A stretch of DNA of 64,000 bases. Origin: Phoronis australis (Eukaryota; Animalia; Phoronida). Positions 1-12,351 of the stretch are shown here, one piece after another. The translations under genes and the position numbers were made by a program. Every line of letters starts with the position of its first letter. Within the stretch, counting starts at the first letter, position 1. A model generated the notes under the pieces. The model searched no databases and had not been told where the DNA came from. It worked only from the letters and a program-made list of their open reading frames with translations. The stretch covers positions 1 to 64,000 of the forward strand of contig NMRA01000048.1 in the NCBI GenBank assembly GCA_002633005.1, in the 5' to 3' direction.

Positions 1-425
1 CCTCCGGCAGCTTGGCTGAAGCCCGCCCGAAGTGCCAAGCCGGAGCCTGCCTGCGCTGTCTCCGGCAGCTTGGCTGGGGCCCGCCTAAGGGCTACGTTGG
101 AGCCCACCTGCGCTGCCTCCGGAGCTTGGCTGGGGCCCGCCTAAGTGCTACCTCGGAGCCCGCCTGCGTTGCCTTCGGCAGCTTGGCTTTGGCCCGCCTA
201 AGTGCTACGTCTGGTGCGCTTGCGCTGCCTTCGTCAACTTGGCGGGGGCCCGCCTGATTGCTACGTCAGGCGTGCTTCCGCTGCCTTCGACAGGTTTTCT
301 GGGGACCGCTGAAGTTCTACGTCGGAGACCGCCTCGCTGCGTTCGGCAACTTGGCTGGGACCCGCCGAAGTGCTACGTCGGCGTGCCTGCGCTGTCTACG
401 GCGGCTTGGCTGGTTCCCGCCGTTT
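1..425. repeat. GC-rich tandem minisatellite, ~56-57 bp unit, ~7.5 diverged copies (runs off the window start)
   Basis: Consensus about CTCCGGCAGCTTGGCTGGGGCCCGCCTAAGTGCTACGTCGGAGCCCGCCTGCGCTGC. The CTTGGC core recurs near 11, 69, 125, 182, 238, 350 and 405. ORFs at 12-565 are by-products. Confidence 0.9.
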
Positions 426-459
426 TTCCGTCGCGGGAACGAAAGGAAGGAGGCGTCAG

Positions 460-840
460 GTGGATTTCTTATTATTTTGTCCGGCAGACTCAACTGTGCC
501 TCGTGTTAGCGTTTTCATGTATAGATGACAGTCTAGTACACTGCTTAAGTTGTTCTCTGGTGTAAGTAGGTAAAAAGTTTGAACAACATTCCAGTCACCA
601 CAGAAGACAGCAAAATCAATTTTCTCCAGTATAGTTTTTGAAAATTCCAGGTCACCCTCATTCGGCCCATTTAAATTCACGAGAAAAAATTATTCATTTG
701 AACGCGCAATTCCATGCCCCACAAGTACCAACCGAGACCTCACCAATATCTTTTTAAATTTCATGTTCGAAATCGTTATTAAATATAACACACTCACCTC
801 TGGCGTTTGCTGTTCCATGACTAAACAAGAGCAAAGTAGG
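460..840 (-). mobile_element. Degenerate L1/Tx1-type LINE ORF2 fragment (AP-endonuclease domain)
   Basis: Minus-strand translation gives LFSHGTANARGECVIFNNDFEHE (~765-830) and NLNGPNEGDLEFSKTILEKIDFAVFCGDWNVVQ (ORF 456-680). These match the HG.xNARGV, N-x-Y-GPN and GDWN motifs of LINE endonucleases; stops and frameshifts present. Confidence 0.8.
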
Positions 841-3800
841 CTAGATATGTGAAATGCACCCTCGACTGCATCGTCCTTCTAGGGGAGTTTACTTGCAGTT
901 AAGAGGCAGTCCATATAAGAACCAGATTTTAAAAAATCAGTTTAAACGTCAAACTTCAAAACATTTTTGTGCATGGATAGATATCATAACAAAAATCTAA
1001 ATGCCACATTTTGTGCACTCGATGACCCCTAGTCTCGCCGCTGGAGAACTAGGGCGTAATTGGTCATATTGGCCGTCTCCAAAATTGTATGTTTTCAGCA
1101 ACGAAAATAGGTAACTTAAATAATATATTGAAAATCGTACGTAGGTGGCTGGAATAACCAATGTATACTGTACCTAATCATTTGGAATTTACTCAAATTT
1201 GACAGTTTTGTCCTAGACAGGGTAGAAAATCCACAGACCACTTTTCTTGGCTAATTTCAGTGGCTGTTTTGTGACAATCTTACTGCCATGTTGCACCTTG
1301 CACCTGTATGTTACTTTTTGAACATACAGCTGAGGAGTAAAACGTGATGACTGAGCAAAAAGTATCTTGCCTCAACTTTAAATTTAGTGAAATTGTCTTG
1401 CAAAACTGTCGATTTTCGAAATGATGAGCAGAGTTTACAGACAAATTGAACGAAATTTTGAACACGAAATCTGCTTTGAATTGTCATAAAAATTAAATCT
1501 AAGCTCTTTCAAATGAAAACAAGTTGTTTTCTGTGTGTACTACGAGATCAGTATCAAAACTGAACCCGATGACCTTTGTACAGTGAGTCAGTTGACATTA
1601 GGTCTGACGATAAATGAAAAACTTGTTTATGTAACCCTCTTGTGTTCTTTCATTATCATTTATTTGACAATTTCAGGTCAATTAAATGGAAATAAATCCC
1701 TTTGAAGTTTGAATTGGTAAGAATTTTTATACGTAAAGAGTAATTTAGTCAGGCTTTCATACAAAATTATACATCTTCATATATTAATTAGACCTTTGGT
1801 GCCATTTGATGAAGTTCCTTAGCAAAAATTCAGGATGTATTGGCATTTATAAAATGTGATAATCTAATTACTCCAACTACAATGCCCAAACATCTATTGT
1901 GTAGGTTTGAAATGCACTGTGGATAGATCATTTCATAGCTTGCACTGCATGTTTGTAAATAAACTCGTTTCTTTAGAAGGTAAAAATTAGTGATCCTGAT
2001 ATATGCAGTGCATGTTACTATAAACAAGAGACATTGGAACACATTTTCATAATTTTTACGCTACTAAAGAAAGTGGACTCCGGAAAATAACAATATTCAT
2101 GACAAAGAGACAACATTCAAGAATGAAAAAACGGGACAACTGGATTGAAAAGCGGGACTTCTGGATAAAAAGCCCGACATCTGTGTCTATGCCAAAACGT
2201 AAGGGTGAAATGTTAGCCACAACAAACAAAAACGTCCCGAAAGCATTTTTTGTCGAACGGGAGGCGTTACACCCAAAAGCGCCAAAAAGCGTTTTTTGTT
2301 GTTTTCCCTTAATTCGAATGGGCAACTAGGGGTGCCCAAAAACGAACGGGAAAATAGTCTTTTGTCGCATGGGACATTACAGAAGTATAATTACGATAGT
2401 ATGCCCGTGTCTCCTTGTGTTAAAAAGCAGTTTGGATGGTGTAGCGTTATCGCGGTAAATTTTTCAAAAATTGGAAAAGTCCAAGAGCGCGACAATTGGC
2501 AAGTGTAATGAAACACATCTTTGAATTTTCATCATTATCCTTCGAGCGGTTTGGCGGATAAATAGATGGACGTCAACAACATACTAAAATTAAAAAAGGT
2601 CCCCAATGAACCTAAAACATAAGACTGAGACACAGGTAGTAAATGAAATCGCCACTAGGCGAAAGAGCTGTAGTCGGATTTGTATGAAACTCGTCGGCAT
2701 CCGGTTGTTATCTCCTCATAGTTTTGTTCAAATGTAAACCCTTTTGTTGGGTACTAAATAGAAAAACAGTCTTTCGTAGGACATTGAATGAACAACGTAA
2801 ACTTATGTATGGAATTGGCTCGAAAACGGCATCCTTTTAAAGCGAATTTCCTCGAAAAAGGCACTCTTTCGTGGAGATACTGGTCGTGGAAACGTCATCA
2901 CTCTGAGTGGCCCCTCACTGGCACGTCCTCACGCACCAATTCTCTTTGTAGCAACTTGTCACAAAATTCAAACAAACATTTTGTTGGACTGAAACCATTA
3001 GTAATCTTCCTGAGCGGACTGAAAAAATGGCTTGTAGTTGAAAATTCTTTCATCGATTTTTTCTTTCGAATTTTCAGTCACTGCATAAGAAGTTTATCGG
3101 TGGCATTTACCGAAAACATTCGTGAGCATTGGTTCGCGTTAAAAAAAAACAATCAGACTTTTATCAAGTCGATTTTTTGTAAAAAATATCAGCATGTTCA
3201 ATATGACGAGATAGCCAACCCCCGATTTCATCGCTAAAGCCAGTGTTTGCTTGTAACAAAACGGCGTAACAGACACGTCCAGTCTTCTGCCAGTTGACAA
3301 CTATATGACTGTAGAGAAATTTCAATTAGATGTTTGTTGTTCTATTTTAATTTTAATTAGGTATTCGCTTTGCAAATGGACTATACCTTCAGCACTTCGC
3401 CTGAGTTAACTTGCATGTGGTCGGTCGACCTGTATCTTATGACTCGTGAAAACAGGTCGTGCTGAGATGACAAACCATGAAGACTTAACGCCGCGTCAAT
3501 ATTTCAAATATCCGGCGCAGACAGGAACCGACATTGAAAATAAAAGGGTCAGTGAGTAAATTGTCGACCCGTTACGGGCAAATCACTATCAAGGTCCAAA
3601 TTCGGTGGCCAATTTTGGTGAAAAATGAAGGCTATCATATAACTATAAACGCTGAGTTAATTTAAAGTACCACCACTCCAGGTTTGTAATCTAAAATACT
3701 TTTGCACAAGAACCACCGAATAAAATGTTGTGGCCAGAAGCATTACAGTTGTATAAAAGAGTACGTACACGTAGGCCTACACAATAACTTATTGCCCCAA

Positions 3801-5375
3801 TCCACTTCTACCATTGCAAAAAAATCATAAGGAAGCAATTAATTTATTAATTTCTTGAGTAAATTGAAGAAGTAAAAACTATGATTACCGTGCTGATCAA
3901 AGTGTTCTAGATGGTGATGTTTTACATATCTTAACACACTTTAATGAGAACTTTTCTGTAACAATATGATTCTTACAAAAGGAAAACGGCAAGTAATTAC
4001 TTCAAAGACTTCACTGATGCTGTTTGCCTAAGCCCAGTGTTCAGCAGGAAACAAGGTACGTACATTACATAATTTCGTACACTCAATCAACATCAAAATT
4101 TGACTAAGTTAGAAATGTTTCGGATGGCCTCGAGTTTTGTGTGCCGGTATTACTTGTTGGTTTGCTGCAAGTTACCTTGAGAGATAGAGCACCTGCCTTC
4201 GCAACATCAGCTGTTAAACGACGTGTCTTCTAGGATATTACTAGCTAAGTCCTGTGTGGCATTCTATTGCTCACTAATTTGGTAATCTCTATTGTCTTTG
4301 CCAGACTGGATGCGTTTAGGGTATACCAGTATTGTTCATGAAAACATCAGTATAAGTAAGTACTTGTAGGCATTATTTTATTGCATAGAAGTTGAAGGTA
4401 CGTAGACTACACAGAGGTACGTACACTATATTTCAATGACAGGTCAGCATGTAGGTACGGCCTTTAAAATTCACTTGTACATGTACAAAATGTATGGAAC
4501 GGAAGGTGATTAGTTTATAATCCACGGCAGGTAGATTCAGTAGCAACACTTAAAGCAGAAAAATTCAAATTTCTTTGCAATGATTGATTTTCCTGTGTGT
4601 AAACGGATACTCAAATACTAAATATTGTCAGTTCGAAGACTGCACTCAGAAAGATACGCGTATGTCAACATACCAGAAAAAAGGCTGCACTTCTTCGAAC
4701 TCCGCCCTTGAAACCTCCAGCCAAATTTCGATTTGAGCGTCTTATCACAGCCCCACCGAGATCTTGTTGAATAGTAATAGAATATAACCGCACTGATGAT
4801 TACACCTATAACATGTTCAGACGAAAGTTGTTGTTTTTTTTGTCTTTAGGCGTTAGACCAGTAAGTTCCTGAGCAGGCTGCGGATTTCTGGCATCGAGAT
4901 GTAGGCAGATTTCTTGATTTCGTGAAACAAGCCTTCTGTAGACTGATTTTTAGCCAAAAGACAATAGACTAGTCAACTAACAGCGCTCTGACGTCAATTA
5001 TGAAGTAACCATCTCCCTTTAAATATCTTAGGAAACAACAGATCTTATGCGTCGATTTTGCCAGAAATGAACATGGCTTCATATTGGAAAACTTTAGTGG
5101 AGATATGAGACTTATATTTTTGTCATTCTTTTAAAAGCAGGTTGGCAATTACCGCGGAACTGTGCAGAGAGATAAAAATGCGCAAAACCAGTTCATGTGA
5201 GAAGGTAGTCGGCATTTGATAGTGTTTGGCACGTCAAAATACACTAATTTTACCATGGCGGTGAGAATAGCAAAATAATATTGTACAATGTGAAACGGGA
5301 CTTGTAACAGGACAGCCGTTAGGAGGCAAATTACATTTACTTCGAAAAGAATTTCGTATTTAGTGAGCATGTTAA

Positions 5376-5728
5376 AGAGTCATGGAAAGCAAAAGCTCGT
5401 CAAAATATCTCTTAAGCAATTCTTGACGAAAGTATAACCTTGCAACATCTAGTACAGATTTAGTCACTTTCCTCTGTGAGGAAATTTCCAGAAAAAATTA
5501 CAAAATGTTTGAAATACGCGCTAAGAAAAATCAACGATATGGTGAGCAGTAACAGATCGTTTTTCTGAAATTTGAAACTAAAAGAAAACGATTTGATATT
5601 AACAAAAAGTAAAAAATCTTAACGAATAAACACTCAAAATACTTAGTGAGCAAATCACATTCTGTTTTAGTGGCAGAGAACCACTTTTGATATTACAATT
5701 TAGTCTGTTTATCGCGCTCTGGGCCTCT
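5376..5728. mobile_element. TTAA-flanked non-autonomous DNA transposon (Kolobok-like), copy 1
   Basis: TTAA|AGAG...CCTCT|TTAA termini. Both ends align by eye with the 57897-58332 copy, e.g. AGTGGCAGAGAAC...TTTAGTCTGTTTATCGC...GGCCTCTTTAA. Confidence 0.7.
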
Positions 5729-5743
5729 TTAATACAATTGTTA

Positions 5744-5749
5744 TTTATT
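5744..5749 (-). terminator. Candidate polyadenylation signal (AATAAA) of the PLA2 gene
   Basis: TTTATT on the + strand, about 125 nt downstream of the PLA2 stop codon. Confidence 0.5.
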
Positions 5750-5872
5750 TTATACTTTCTTGGCCGTTACTTTCATTATCAAGTATTTTATAATCAGGAA
5801 AAGTTAAAATCCTGGAGTCCAGAAGACCGCAATTAAACGTCTTGCAATAGTTGTGAGGTTACCCAACGCCAT

Positions 5873-6042
5873 TTATACGCATTTGGTCAAGTTATAATTG
5901 ACATATTTTGGATTTATCGGATTTTTTGCAAAACATTTTACAGACTTCAAATCGCATTCGCATAATGCGACGCGACATTCAACGGGATAATAAGACCAGA
6001 ACCACGGTAGCCACCATTTCATCGGGTAGTTTTTCTTTTCCG
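5873..6042 (-). CDS. PLA2: Secreted phospholipase A2 (group I-like), exon 4 (terminal)
   Basis: Acceptor tttttttcag|CG in phase 1. Encodes (T)EKKNYPMKWWLPWFWSYYPVECRVALCECDLKSVKCFAKNPINPKYVNYNLTKCV*, with the CECD (Asp99-equivalent) motif and the C-terminal Cys. Confidence 0.95.
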
Positions 6043-6458
6043 CTGAAAAAAAGAAAACGAACAATGTCACTCGCCACCGAGGACGTTTGGATCTCTGTTT
6101 TTGTATTTAAGAGTGTCTGATCCTTCGGTCAAACATGAACCAGACCACTGCACACGAAAAGATTTTTATCAAGCTAGCGACATCGCCGGCGATCGTTTCG
6201 TGTGTGCTAGCCGGTCAGCAAGCTTTACGAAAACTATCGTCAAAATATGCAGCTTTGCACCAATGCTACGTGTGTGCTAGCCTTCATGTATCCAACAAAA
6301 CAACATTTTAAAGAAATAGATCGTGTTTTTTCCAATCTAAAATGTGTCTCATAATTTTGAAACATCCTGTATTATATAGCTATTCACATACCCCATTGCC
6401 ACCAACCACATCAAAAGATCTGCCAAAAGAAAAAAAATATGTCAAGAGGTCAACTCAC

Positions 6459-6592
6459 TGCACGTTGCCATCTTATTCTTGCATTCACTATAGTGATATC
6501 TTGTCATGTATAATTGAGTCACATCGTCCTTGGACCCACATTTCTTCATCGCTTGTATTTTACCGTAACAGTTATCATGAACTCGGCAACAC
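6459..6592 (-). CDS. PLA2: Secreted phospholipase A2, exon 3 (catalytic His-Asp)
   Basis: Acceptor tttcag|G (phase 2), donor A|gtgagt (phase 1); 134 bp. Encodes CCRVHDNCYGKIQAMKKCGSKDDVTQLYMTRYHYSECKNKMATC, containing the CCxxHDxCY active-site signature. Confidence 0.97.
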
Positions 6593-6870
6593 CTGAAACG
6601 TGCATGCAAGCAGGGTAAATAAACGATCGTAACGTTTCGTGTTAATCTAAATGTCATTGAGTGTTCAGAATCACTTTATAAATCTCATATAAGAAGAACA
6701 AAGATAGTGTTTTTTTTTTCTTTTGACTTAAAGATATAAAGCAAAATAATAATTTTATTTCTCTTCAATAATAGTTATATTTCTCTTCCTGTTGCATGTG
6801 CAGGTGTGTCAATGGCTTGGCTCCAACAGATCTCAGCTGCAAATTCAGTAACAAACAAGCTATACATACT

Positions 6871-7015
6871 CAAAATGTACCGAGAGTGGCGTACATAAAG
6901 TAATATCCCACGAGACATTATTCCGCGTATCGACTGAGACCGAAAGTCGAGGTACATACGCGGAATAATGTCGAGTGGGATATTACTTCATGCACGCCAC
7001 TCTCAGTACGTTTTG
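6871..7015. mobile_element. Palindromic MITE-like hairpin (~60-bp arms) in PLA2 intron 2
   Basis: CAAAATGTACCGAGAGTGGCGTACATAAAGTAATATCCCACGAGACATTATTCCGCGTAT is the near-perfect reverse complement of ATACGCGGAATAATGTCGAGTGGGATATTACTTCATGCACGCCACTCTCAGTACGTTTTG. There is an inner TCGACT...AGTCGA stem. Confidence 0.8.
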
Positions 7016-7589
7016 TATTTATCCCATACGTTTCGAATTCCTAAAAAAGTTTCTTTTATTTTTTCCGCAGATTTTTTAAATACTTCACCGAGACTGTTCA
7101 CGTGGCGGATCACACCCTATATGTATGTACTTGCGCTTTAGGCTGCAAGTTTTCTCTAGTAAAAGAAATAGTTTTAAAAGAGACGACTTGTTACTTGATA
7201 AGATTTTTACAAAGATAAAAACATGGGTAACTTTTCATTGAACTTGTAACATCTCCTGAAAATAGTTAAATAACAACAATATTTGACGTTGTAGTTATCG
7301 AGGATCGGCTCCTAAGTTTCACTGGTAGACGATAAAATGTTTAGCAAATGAAAACTGAGACAGAACTGTCATATAATTAACAGCTCTGTTCCAGATGTTA
7401 CGATTGAGGGCTGATTGTATTGTATGTTAAGCGTTATTTACACTGCTTTAATTGTATTACTTTAAACTCTTTTCCGAACGTTTGGTGATCGAACCGGCTA
7501 CTGAACAACGTCGAGTCGACATTGACCTACATGTACCTTTTGAACCTTCAATGTCAGAGGTCACTGCTGAAGTAGTGCGGGAGGTGAAT

Positions 7590-8139
7590 ACGGAAAACAT
7601 TATTACATGTCCGTATTTCCCTCGACAGATTCAACACGTATGGGATAAACATGTATTCTACTCGTTCTTCTGTTGCTGGTAATGTTTCTTTTAAATCAAT
7701 TAAAGCCGAGAGCGGCAAGAGATCTTTTATTTTTGTTGCTGCTGCAATGTGGGACTCTCTTAAAACAGAAATTAATCGGTCCGATTCAATTAATACTTTC
7801 AAACTTAACATTAAAAAGTGGCAGTAATTTACTCAACCATTCTCACACCCTACCTGTCTTATGTCATTTTTCATTACTGTATAAAAACTCTCACTCTTTA
7901 GTATGATCTCTTTATTTATTTCATCTCTCTTAGTCAAAATTTCAACACCCTTCACCATTTATTTAATATCTAAATTGTCAACTTGTTTTAATTGTTTCTT
8001 TGTAATGTTACATGTATTTAATTATTGTTTTACTACTTTATTGTATTATATCAATGTTTTATATTTTGTTCTTGAGGGCCCTCTTGGAAAGCAGTGCTGT
8101 CACTGAAGAGGCCAACGCCATTTCAAAAATTACATTATA

Positions 8140-8170
<31 letters not shown>

Positions 8171-8173
8171 ATA
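7590..8173 (+). mobile_element. 5'-truncated CR1/L2-type LINE 3' end with (TAAA)n tail
   Basis: 7651-7827 reads YSTRSSVAGNVSFKSIKAESGKRSFIFVAAAMWDSLKTEINRSDSINTFKLNIKKWQ*, typical of CR1/L2 ORF2 C-termini. It is followed by an AT-rich 3' UTR, a stem-loop (CTCTT...CAGTG...CACTGAAGAG) and about 8 TAAA units at 8140-8173. Confidence 0.8.
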
Positions 8174-9182
8174 GTGGTCTGCTGGAGTTAACAGTTGTCT
8201 TCTATTAAGGGATATCTTTCCATTCACGTGACTCGCTATTCTGATCTGATAAAATGAAGCCCAAACTACATGCGGACTGGTATTATGTAACACATTGGGC
8301 TGCATTGTCTGTCGAGCCTAATTTTAATCGGAGACAATCTGCAGGACATAGATGTCATTTTGTAAAAATGACTGTTACCAGTGCAATAAGCGAATACGGA
8401 TGTATTGTCTTCACTTCAGAAACTTCCCGAATCTCATGTGGACTTTAACACCAATCGAATGCTTATTGCATCAATCAGCTAATTAACATATCGTCGGGGA
8501 GTGTTTACGAGTATTCTAATTTGACAGATGAACAACTGGTAGAGTTGTTTTGTGTTTTTGATATGAAATTGGTGATTTTAAACACTGATTGTTTCGTGAC
8601 ACATTTCGGCGTTTAGATAAGGGATTGGATTCACGATTACTGTACATGAGACAGAGAACATCGTCTCTGTCGAATTTGTTTCTTAATCTCGAATGTATAA
8701 ACGCCGTTGTTGAATATTCGCCATGCATCAACTGCTTCTCAGGAGTAGATGTTTTTGTTTAAAAATTGAAACAGAAAAATGACGAGAATGCATGTTCATT
8801 AGCGAGCGTAAAAGTTTTGTAACAGTATTTAACAGACAACTAACAAAAAACGTCTGGCTCCTCGGTTTACAGAAAATTTGAATGACACCCAGATTTAAAC
8901 GGAACCAGTTAGAACCGAGGTAGGACGGCGTTCGGAAGATACTCAATATCATTGAAAATAAAGAACGATTTTTTTCATGCAACACCCCGAATTTAAGGAC
9001 TTGTATCGTGTTTGCTTTTAATGAACTAAGGATTCAGTTGTTGATTATATTATTAGAAAATATCATTAGTGAAAGAGGAGCTTAGAAGGACAGAAATACC
9101 CGAAATATTTCGGAACTCAGCTGAGTTGTTATTTGGGACTATTTCATGCAACCGGCCACTGAATTTAACTTGGTATATTTAC

Positions 9183-9345
9183 TTATCAAGACCGTCGACG
9201 GGTGTTTGACCAACTCCTCCTTTGCCGCAGAAACAACCGTAGTCCGAATACGTAAGACTTTCGGCGGCGGTCTTTCCAGTGGCACACATTATCAAGTATG
9301 GATAGTCGTTCAAGACATCACGCCTAGATCCATGAATAGCTGCAT
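9183..9345 (-). CDS. PLA2: Secreted phospholipase A2, exon 2 (propeptide end, N-terminal helix, Ca2+-binding loop)
   Basis: Acceptor ttttcacag|AT (phase 1), donor AA|gtaaat (phase 2); 163 bp. Encodes (D)AAIHGSRRDVLNDYPYLIMCATGKTAAESLTYSDYGCFCGKGGVGQTPVDGLD(K), with the YGCxCGxGG loop. It joins exon 3 in frame. Absent from the ORF track. Confidence 0.95.
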
Positions 9346-11399
9346 CTGTGAAAAGTAGCCAATAAAGAACATTTCAAAAGTCAAGAACAAGAATATTCCA
9401 GAATTCAGTGAGCCCTTTACATGCATGCCTGATGCATAACATTGTATTGTGATCGACCGTCCGTACAGGCATGCAGCTCCGTTTCCTTGGTATTTACTCT
9501 TTATAAGCTTTAATCTGACTGCATTAGGATAAGATTTGCCTGAAGATTTAAAATGTTTGAATTCACTTCCCGCTCTTTTTGTTTGCGTAAACAGAGCCTG
9601 TGATACAAGCGTGTCCAGCGTATACTCCCCGAAGCCCCTAAGTTCGTGTCACAGTCAAACTCGCTGTATGTGAAAGTTTCTCGGAGCCGACGAAGATATA
9701 GACGCCTAGGGACTCTAGTAATCCCAGCTGCCACCTGCCGTTCGTCACAATTTTCAAGTGCCTCCCTCGCAGCCACCATAATTATTTCTCGCCCTTCCGA
9801 TCGCCAGGATTTTCGAGTAAGCCTGGCTCGTCCCAATCTTTTCATCTTCGGTCGCCTCAATTTTCTCGCTTCTCCCGTACCCACAACTTTCGAGGGGCCA
9901 TGTGGATACGGGAGTCCTTAATTAGTGCGGGGTCTAGGATGGGATTTAAACACAGGTTTTTAAAATGGAGAAAGTAGGCATTTTCATATTTATTTTTGCG
10001 GAAATAGGGATTTGCAGTCTGTTTTCACTAGCGAATAGGACAATGCACTTGCTCACTGCAAGTAGTGAATGTAAATTTTGTTGAATAATTTGATTCAGAA
10101 TCAGAACTACTGGTTCTATGGTTGAGTAAAAAATCAGACTGCAGAGTTCAACATTTCGGTGGATTCTTCACACTTTATATGCGGTCTTCATTCTTATGTT
10201 ATTCCAGCAAAAAATAACATCACCTCCGTCCAAATACGTGCAGGCTTGTTCTAAGATGCTTGCACCATGATCAAAGAGAGCGCAGCGCCAGGGTTGGACA
10301 CTTTTCGATGGCTAAATTGTCCAGTGCGAGCAAGACCCAAGTAAATGTAATTATTCGGGCACAAATCATTAATTTTCGTTAAAAATAAACATTACGATGG
10401 TATTCAGATGGAAAAAACAACATAATATGGCTTTCGATTTTTAAATATCGGTTAACTAATAAGCTAAAAACTACAAACATTGGTTAATGGTCGAGGATAA
10501 ACGACCATGCGTTTTGATATACATGTACTCGGAGGATTTACAAGCGTTGATCACGTGGTTTATTCTTTTAACATACAACTAAACTACATTACGACAAATA
10601 GAAACAAAACACGGTGACCAACTTAGATTTCAATAGCTTTTAAAGCCTAACGTCAATGCAATTTTGTTATTTTAGATGTATTGGGCCAACCAGGTAGTCC
10701 TAGCAAAGCCTTAGCAAAGTAAGAAAACGCGAGTTTATTCAAGCAAATGTAGGCCCGTTAAATAATAGGTGAAGGTGCTTTTTCGCGTCATATTGCGTCA
10801 CCGCGAGAACCCTGCCCAAACAACAAAAGGCCGATAACAGTTGTATTGAATAGGGGTTTGAATCTGAACTACATTGCGTGCGGGTGTTTTTCGCAGCGGT
10901 TTGAACTAAAATGTGATTCTCAAAGTGACGTAGACAAAAACAAACAAATACTCCTAATAGTTAGTTACATTTCACAATTTATGTCACTAGTCGTCTGGGA
11001 TCCAAATTTACTGGTGTTACCGCTCAAGATAGGCTTTTTAAGACAGTGCTAATCGCCAAAACATGTCGATCTACTTAATTCGAGCAGTAGCACGCTAAGC
11101 AGAAAACTGTGATATTCGATAATCAGCTAGCGTGGTGAAGACTAACTACGGCCAGGTTCAAAGTCAATGAGAAAATCCAAGCAATACACAAGGTGGGTCG
11201 GTGGGCATTAGCAGACTTTTAAGTTTCACTGACCATCAAAATCTGTCACTGTTTTTGCACTTCAATTTCACTTCAAGCTTAATAAAATAAAATAAAATAA
11301 AAATATAGCAACCCGACAGGAAACAAAACAAAACAAAGTAGATTGGAGTATTAAACATAAAATGACGAAAACAGTTATGAAACATATTCAAAACCAAAA

Positions 11400-11696
11400 T
11401 GGGAAATGGCTCTTTGTCATGATGAACCCCAGTTACCGTTTTTACTTATATTGTAATATCTAAAATGCCATCAAACCCATATACTTTGGACATTTCAGTG
11501 TGTATTTCTTTGCAGATGTCAGAGAAATTTAATTTCGGTGTAATAAAAACCACCAGTGTTGAGAAAGTAATGCTAGTTGTTACCTTTCCGCTTCACTAGC
11601 TTGAATACAAAGGGAGTGTTGAATAGGCATCACAAAAGTTGTCTGAGGACAAAAGATATCTCAGCGGTGACCAGTGTAAGCCAGACATTGTCCAGA
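11400..11696 (+). repeat. Diverged ~300-bp direct repeat, copy A (partner at 17137-17440)
   Basis: Shared blocks in the same order: GGGAA(A/G)TGGC, TTGTAATAT, ATGTCAGAGAAA, AGTAATGCTAG(T/C)T(G/A)TTACCTTTCC, AATACAAAGGG, GAATAGGC, CAGTGTAAGC. Confidence 0.7.
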
Positions 11697-12351
11697 AACG
11701 GTCTCTGTCGGTGCAGATGAGTGGCAATCATCTCTTGCCTCAGGAACATTGACACTGAGGTGCCATGCTTCAGGAAATTCACACCCAGTGCGTTACCCTT
11801 GTAATGAGCAGTTTTATGTCATAATTTCATCGCTAATAATCATATATGCAGTGATTACATGAGTTGCTATTTTAAATCCGATGTCATGCACCTCAAGTCA
11901 AGACACCTGTGGAACAGTAGACTGGAGAACCGGCGTTCTACATGAACAGTGTAACTATAATTTTGTTATTCAACATCGTGAGGAAACTTGCACTCTCACG
12001 CATGGGCACCTCTGCGTGTAGGCTCGAATTAAACTTTAAAAGCTATGCACTGGCAGTATCACTTTGAAAACCTCTATTTTACTAGCATAGAAACCGTCTA
12101 TGCTTTGTTTTTAATACGGAACACAAGGCACCATCCTCACGCAGACTAACCCCAGTATACATGTATTTACTCTTTTGACGAATTCAATCGACTTCGGAAT
12201 AGGCCCTGATCAACGGCATGTATACGACGTAGCCAAGAGAACTTTCGCACGCTTATCAACGCCTCTGTGCTCAAATTCCCGTGGCGGCGATGTCTGCGGT
12301 TTTTGGAGTGCAAGTTCAAGTTTAACTCATGAATCGTTTGAGGCTACCACT

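Noticed and set aside
12-565. Three overlapping ORFs with repeated CLRCLRQLG-like peptides
   Set aside because: Translations of the GC-rich minisatellite, open in several frames because stops are scarce.
2788-3237. 149-aa ORF on the + strand
   Set aside because: No recognisable motif or splice context; lies in CpG-richer, probably repeat-derived DNA.
3361-4860. Chain of + strand splice-like signals (3361-3551, donor ~4056, 4304-4354, acceptor ~4849)
   Set aside because: I could not assemble a consistent reading frame. It could be a lncRNA or chance; unsupported without RNA data.
9510-9921. Arg-rich 124-aa minus-strand ORF in PLA2 intron 1
   Set aside because: No domain. PLA2 exons 1 and 2 already join in frame without it.
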